Source of the DNA: an uncultured Agathobaculum sp.
GTDB lineage: Bacteria > Bacillota > Clostridia > Oscillospirales > Butyricicoccaceae
Length of the DNA stretch: 38,025 nucleotides
Direction: 5' to 3'
NCBI GenBank assembly: GCA_944376955.1
Contig: CALWEB010000021.1
Location: 1 to 38,025, forward strand
The translations under genes were made by a program, and so were the position numbers. Numbering within the stretch: the first letter of the stretch is position 1; every line of letters begins with the position of its first letter. The notes under the pieces were generated by a model. It made no database searches. It was given only the letters and a program-made list of their open reading frames with translations, and was not told the DNA's origin. Positions 35,658 to 38,025 of this stretch are shown in pieces.

Positions 35658-36527
35658 TTGGATATGCACAAAGATGAATTTACCCTGCGTCAGTTCATGG
35701 AGGAGAAGGATTTTGAGTTCCATCACTATCTCGATCCAGTGCCGCCAGAGGTGGGCTTCCATGAGCATCCATTCTACGAAATCTTCTTTTTTCTGTCTGG
35801 AAACGTCAATTATATCATTGAAGGACGCACCTATCAGCTGCGCCCGGGCGATATCCTGCTGACCAGCAGCAGGGACATCCACCGCCCGGTGATTTCGCCG
35901 GGCAAACCGTATGAACGCTATGTCATCTGGATGGAAGATGACTTTTTTGCACGCTTTCAGGACTGGGGCGATGACCTTTCCGCCTGCTTCAACGATACGG
36001 CGCGCAAGAAATACCAGCTCATCCGGCCGGACAGCCACCTGCTCAGCCTGCTGAAAAATCACGGTGCGTATATGGCTCAGGTCAAAGCCGAGCAGGCTTT
36101 CGGCAGCCGGACGCTGCTGTACGCCTGCCTGCTGGAGTTTTTGGTCTACCTCAACCGCGCTTACTTTGATACGCCGGACTCCATCCGCCATGACATCACA
36201 GAAAACGACAAGATTAACCAGGTCGTTTCCTATATCAATGACAATCTGACAGAAAACCTGTCCCTCGACCATCTGGCGCAAACCTTCTATATCAGCAAGT
36301 TTTATTTAAGCAACCAGTTTAAACAGTATACCGGATTAACCCTCTATCAATTCATCATGAAGAAAAGATTAACGGTGGCGCGCAATATGTTGCGCACCGG
36401 TATCCCCGTGACCGACGCCTGTATGCGCTGCGGCTTTAATGATTATTCCAACTTTCTGAAAGCTTTTAAGCGCGAATTCGGACACAACCCGAGTGACTAT
36501 ATCAAGCATTTGAAATCAATGCTTTGA
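35658..36527 (+). CDS. AraC family regulator (cupin plus double HTH), probable activator of the uxaC operon
   Basis: FHEHPFYEI cupin; LSLDHLAQTFYISKFYLSNQFK; CGFNDYSNF; divergent from uxaC. Start is TTG 35658 or ATG 35664. Confidence 0.9.
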   Translation: MDMHKDEFTLRQFMEEKDFEFHHYLDPVPPEVGFHEHPFYEIFFFLSGNVNYIIEGRTYQLRPGDILLTSSRDIHRPVISPGKPYERYVIWMEDDFFARFQDWGDDLSACFNDTARKKYQLIRPDSHLLSLLKNHGAYMAQVKAEQAFGSRTLLYACLLEFLVYLNRAYFDTPDSIRHDITENDKINQVVSYINDNLTENLSLDHLAQTFYISKFYLSNQFKQYTGLTLYQFIMKKRLTVARNMLRTGIPVTDACMRCGFNDYSNFLKAFKREFGHNPSDYIKHLKSML

Positions 36528-36536
36528 ACAAAGTAA

Positions 36537-36571
36537 AAAAGCCGGAGCGTGCTTTACACGCTCCGGCTTTT
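36537..36571. terminator. Bidirectional intrinsic terminator
   Basis: AAAAGCCGGAGCGTG / CACGCTCCGGCTTTT. Confidence 0.85.
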
Positions 36572-36592
36572 CCGTTCTGACGGCCGTTCGCT

Positions 36593-37078
36593 TTATCTGG
36601 GCTCCTCTGTTTTCCGGACAAAACGGCCGGATTTACCGCCCGATTTTTCCAGCAGGCAGATGGTTTGGATCACCATGCCCCTGTCCACCGCCTTGCACAT
36701 ATCGTAAACCGTCAACGCAGCAACGCTCGCCGCCGTCAACGCTTCCATTTCGACCCCGGTTTTCCAGTTGCACCGCACGGTCGCTCGGACCCGCAGACAC
36801 GACGGTGTCACGGTCTCAAAATCGACTGCAACTGCTTCCATCGGCAGCGGATGGCACATCGGGATCAGCTCAAATGTGCGCTTTGCCGCCATAATGCCTG
36901 CGATCCGCGCGCACGAGAACACATCCCCTTTGGGCATGGTGCCTTGACAGATCCGTTCCATGGTTTGTGGCTGCATACAGATTTCGGCCTGCGCCACTGC
37001 CATGCGGGCGGTCACCGCTTTTTCCCCTACATCGACCATGCGGACATTCCCGTTTTGATCCAAATGCGAAAGCTCCAC
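36593..37078 (-). CDS. moaC: Cyclic pyranopterin monophosphate synthase
   Basis: [54 protein letters not shown]. Confidence 0.95.
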   Translation of the reverse strand: MELSHLDQNGNVRMVDVGEKAVTARMAVAQAEICMQPQTMERICQGTMPKGDVFSCARIAGIMAAKRTFELIPMCHPLPMEAVAVDFETVTPSCLRVRATVRCNWKTGVEMEALTAASVAALTVYDMCKAVDRGMVIQTICLLEKSGGKSGRFVRKTEEPR

Positions 37079-37128
37079 TTGCCTTTTCTCTCCCTCTCTT
37101 GCTTGATCCGGACTTGCCGGTCACTTCT

Positions 37129-37157
37129 ATTCTATCAAAGGGCTGCGGGATGCACAA
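37129..37157 (-). promoter_or_regulatory. Putative moaC promoter
   Basis: Minus strand TTGTGC-17 nt-TAGAAT with TGn extension. Confidence 0.5.
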
Positions 37158-37164
37158 TGCCGTA

Positions 37165-37719
37165 TTACTGCTGCCGGCGCACCTTGCGGATAACCTTTGC
37201 CGGCACGCCGCCCACCATTGTATCGGGCGGCACATCCTTTGTCACGACCGCGCCCGCAGCAATGATCGCGCCGTCTCCTACTGTCACACCGGCCACAATC
37301 GTCACGTTTGCACCAATCCAGACATTTTTCCCAATGACAATCGGCGCCGGATGCAGGATATGGCGCAGCTCCGGATCCTCATCGTGGTTAAGCGTCGCCA
37401 ACACGACGTTGTGCCCGATCAATGTGCCGTCCCCAATTTCGATGCCACCCTGATCCTGAAAGTGACAGCCGGTGTTGATAAACACATTTTTGCCCACTCG
37501 GATATTCTTGCCATAATCCGTGTGGAACGGCGGGAACAGACAAAAGGTTTCATCCTCCGGCTGGCAAATCAATTCAAAAAAGCGGCGCCGGACTTCCTCC
37601 GGTTCATAGTATGCCGCATTCAGTTCCATCGTCAGGCGCAGGGCACGCTGCGATGCCGCACGCATGGCCTCTGGGTTATCCAATCCGTTTTCAATTTCTT
37701 TCCGATCCATCGTATCCAT
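37165..37719 (-). CDS. Sugar O-acetyltransferase (Maa/LacA hexapeptide-repeat family)
   Basis: [36 protein letters not shown]; ATG 37719 after AAGGAG. Confidence 0.88.
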   Translation of the reverse strand: MDTMDRKEIENGLDNPEAMRAASQRALRLTMELNAAYYEPEEVRRRFFELICQPEDETFCLFPPFHTDYGKNIRVGKNVFINTGCHFQDQGGIEIGDGTLIGHNVVLATLNHDEDPELRHILHPAPIVIGKNVWIGANVTIVAGVTVGDGAIIAAGAVVTKDVPPDTMVGGVPAKVIRKVRRQQ

Positions 37720-37749
37720 TGTTTTGCTCCTTGTTTTGCAGTTTCCTTT

Positions 37750-37778
37750 ATTGTATGCCATCCTGTTTCAGATAGCAA
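37750..37778 (-). promoter_or_regulatory. Putative promoter of the acetyltransferase gene
   Basis: Minus strand TTGCTA-17 nt-TACAAT. Confidence 0.6.
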
Positions 37779-37854
37779 ATACCTATGGCATATATTTTTT
37801 CATGCTCTAAACGCATAAGCGCTCTACAGGCAGCTTTCTCATCTTTTTGCAAAG

Positions 37855-37890
37855 CAAAAACGGCATCTGCGAAAGCAGATGCCGTTTTTG
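37855..37890 (-). terminator. Terminator of the tRNA operon
   Basis: CAAAAACGGCATCTGC / GCAGATGCCGTTTTTG immediately 3' of tRNA-Val. Confidence 0.85.
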
Positions 37891-37891
37891 T

Positions 37892-37967
37892 TGGTGGAAG
37901 TTAACGGGCTCGAACCGCTGACCCTCTGCTTGTAAGGCAGATGCTCTCCCAGCTGAGCTAAACTTCC
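37892..37967 (-). tRNA. tRNA-Val(TAC)
   Basis: 76 nt, GGAAGTT...AACTTCC-A-CCA; anticodon arm TCTGC-CT-TAC-AA-GCAGA; GGTTCGAG T-loop. Confidence 0.96.
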
Positions 37968-37970
37968 ATA

Positions 37971-38025
37971 TGGTGACCCGTGCGGGAATCGAACCCGCGT
38001 TACCGCCGTGAAAGGGCGGTGTCTT
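37971..38025 (-). tRNA. tRNA-Glu(TTC), 5' part outside the window
   Basis: Anticodon arm CCGCC-CT-TTC-AC-GGCGG, GGTTCGATTCC, encoded CCA. Confidence 0.93.

Noticed and set aside
37855-38025. tRNA-targeted integrative element
   Set aside because: No integrase, transposase or duplicated tRNA 3' end seen, and the native terminator directly follows tRNA-Val.
1-38025. CRISPR array, tandem repeat array, IS element or defence system
   Set aside because: No regularly spaced direct repeats or cas, transposase or nuclease ORFs found by eye. The inverted repeats are single-copy terminators or operators.

Overview
Chromosomal window from a GC-rich, Gram-positive-type anaerobe, probably a gut Clostridia member. 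The taxon is inferred from lipoprotein solute-binding proteins, SLH domains and sigma-A promoters. I see no mobile elements or CRISPR arrays. Left to right: (1) a galactose/glucose uptake cluster (response regulator, histidine kinase, sensor sugar-binding protein, a circularly permuted MglB, MglA, an N-terminally extended MglC, and galK cut by the window edge); (2) a FadR-type regulator and a sugar-acid operon (enolase-family ManD/RspA dehydratase, TRAP transporter, Zn-dehydrogenase, KduD-like SDR) with two palindromic operators; (3) an orphan FabF-like ketosynthase plus acyl-CoA ligase; (4) an SLC9B/NHA2-like cation:proton antiporter whose leader holds a complete fluoride riboswitch; (5) the bilirubin reductase operon bilQRS (HGDR motif) with two candidate BilQ operators on its promoter; (6) a roughly 1186-aa SLH-anchored metallophosphoesterase; (7) a uxaC-uxuA-TRAP-uxuB hexuronate operon with a divergent AraC regulator; (8) moaC, a sugar O-acetyltransferase, tRNA-Val(TAC) and a partial tRNA-Glu(TTC). 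The best leads are the fluoride-riboswitch-controlled antiporter (a possible uncharacterised fluoride-resistance transporter), bilQRS with its operators, and the ACP-less FabF/ligase pair. All family assignments come from motif recognition by eye; no searches were run.
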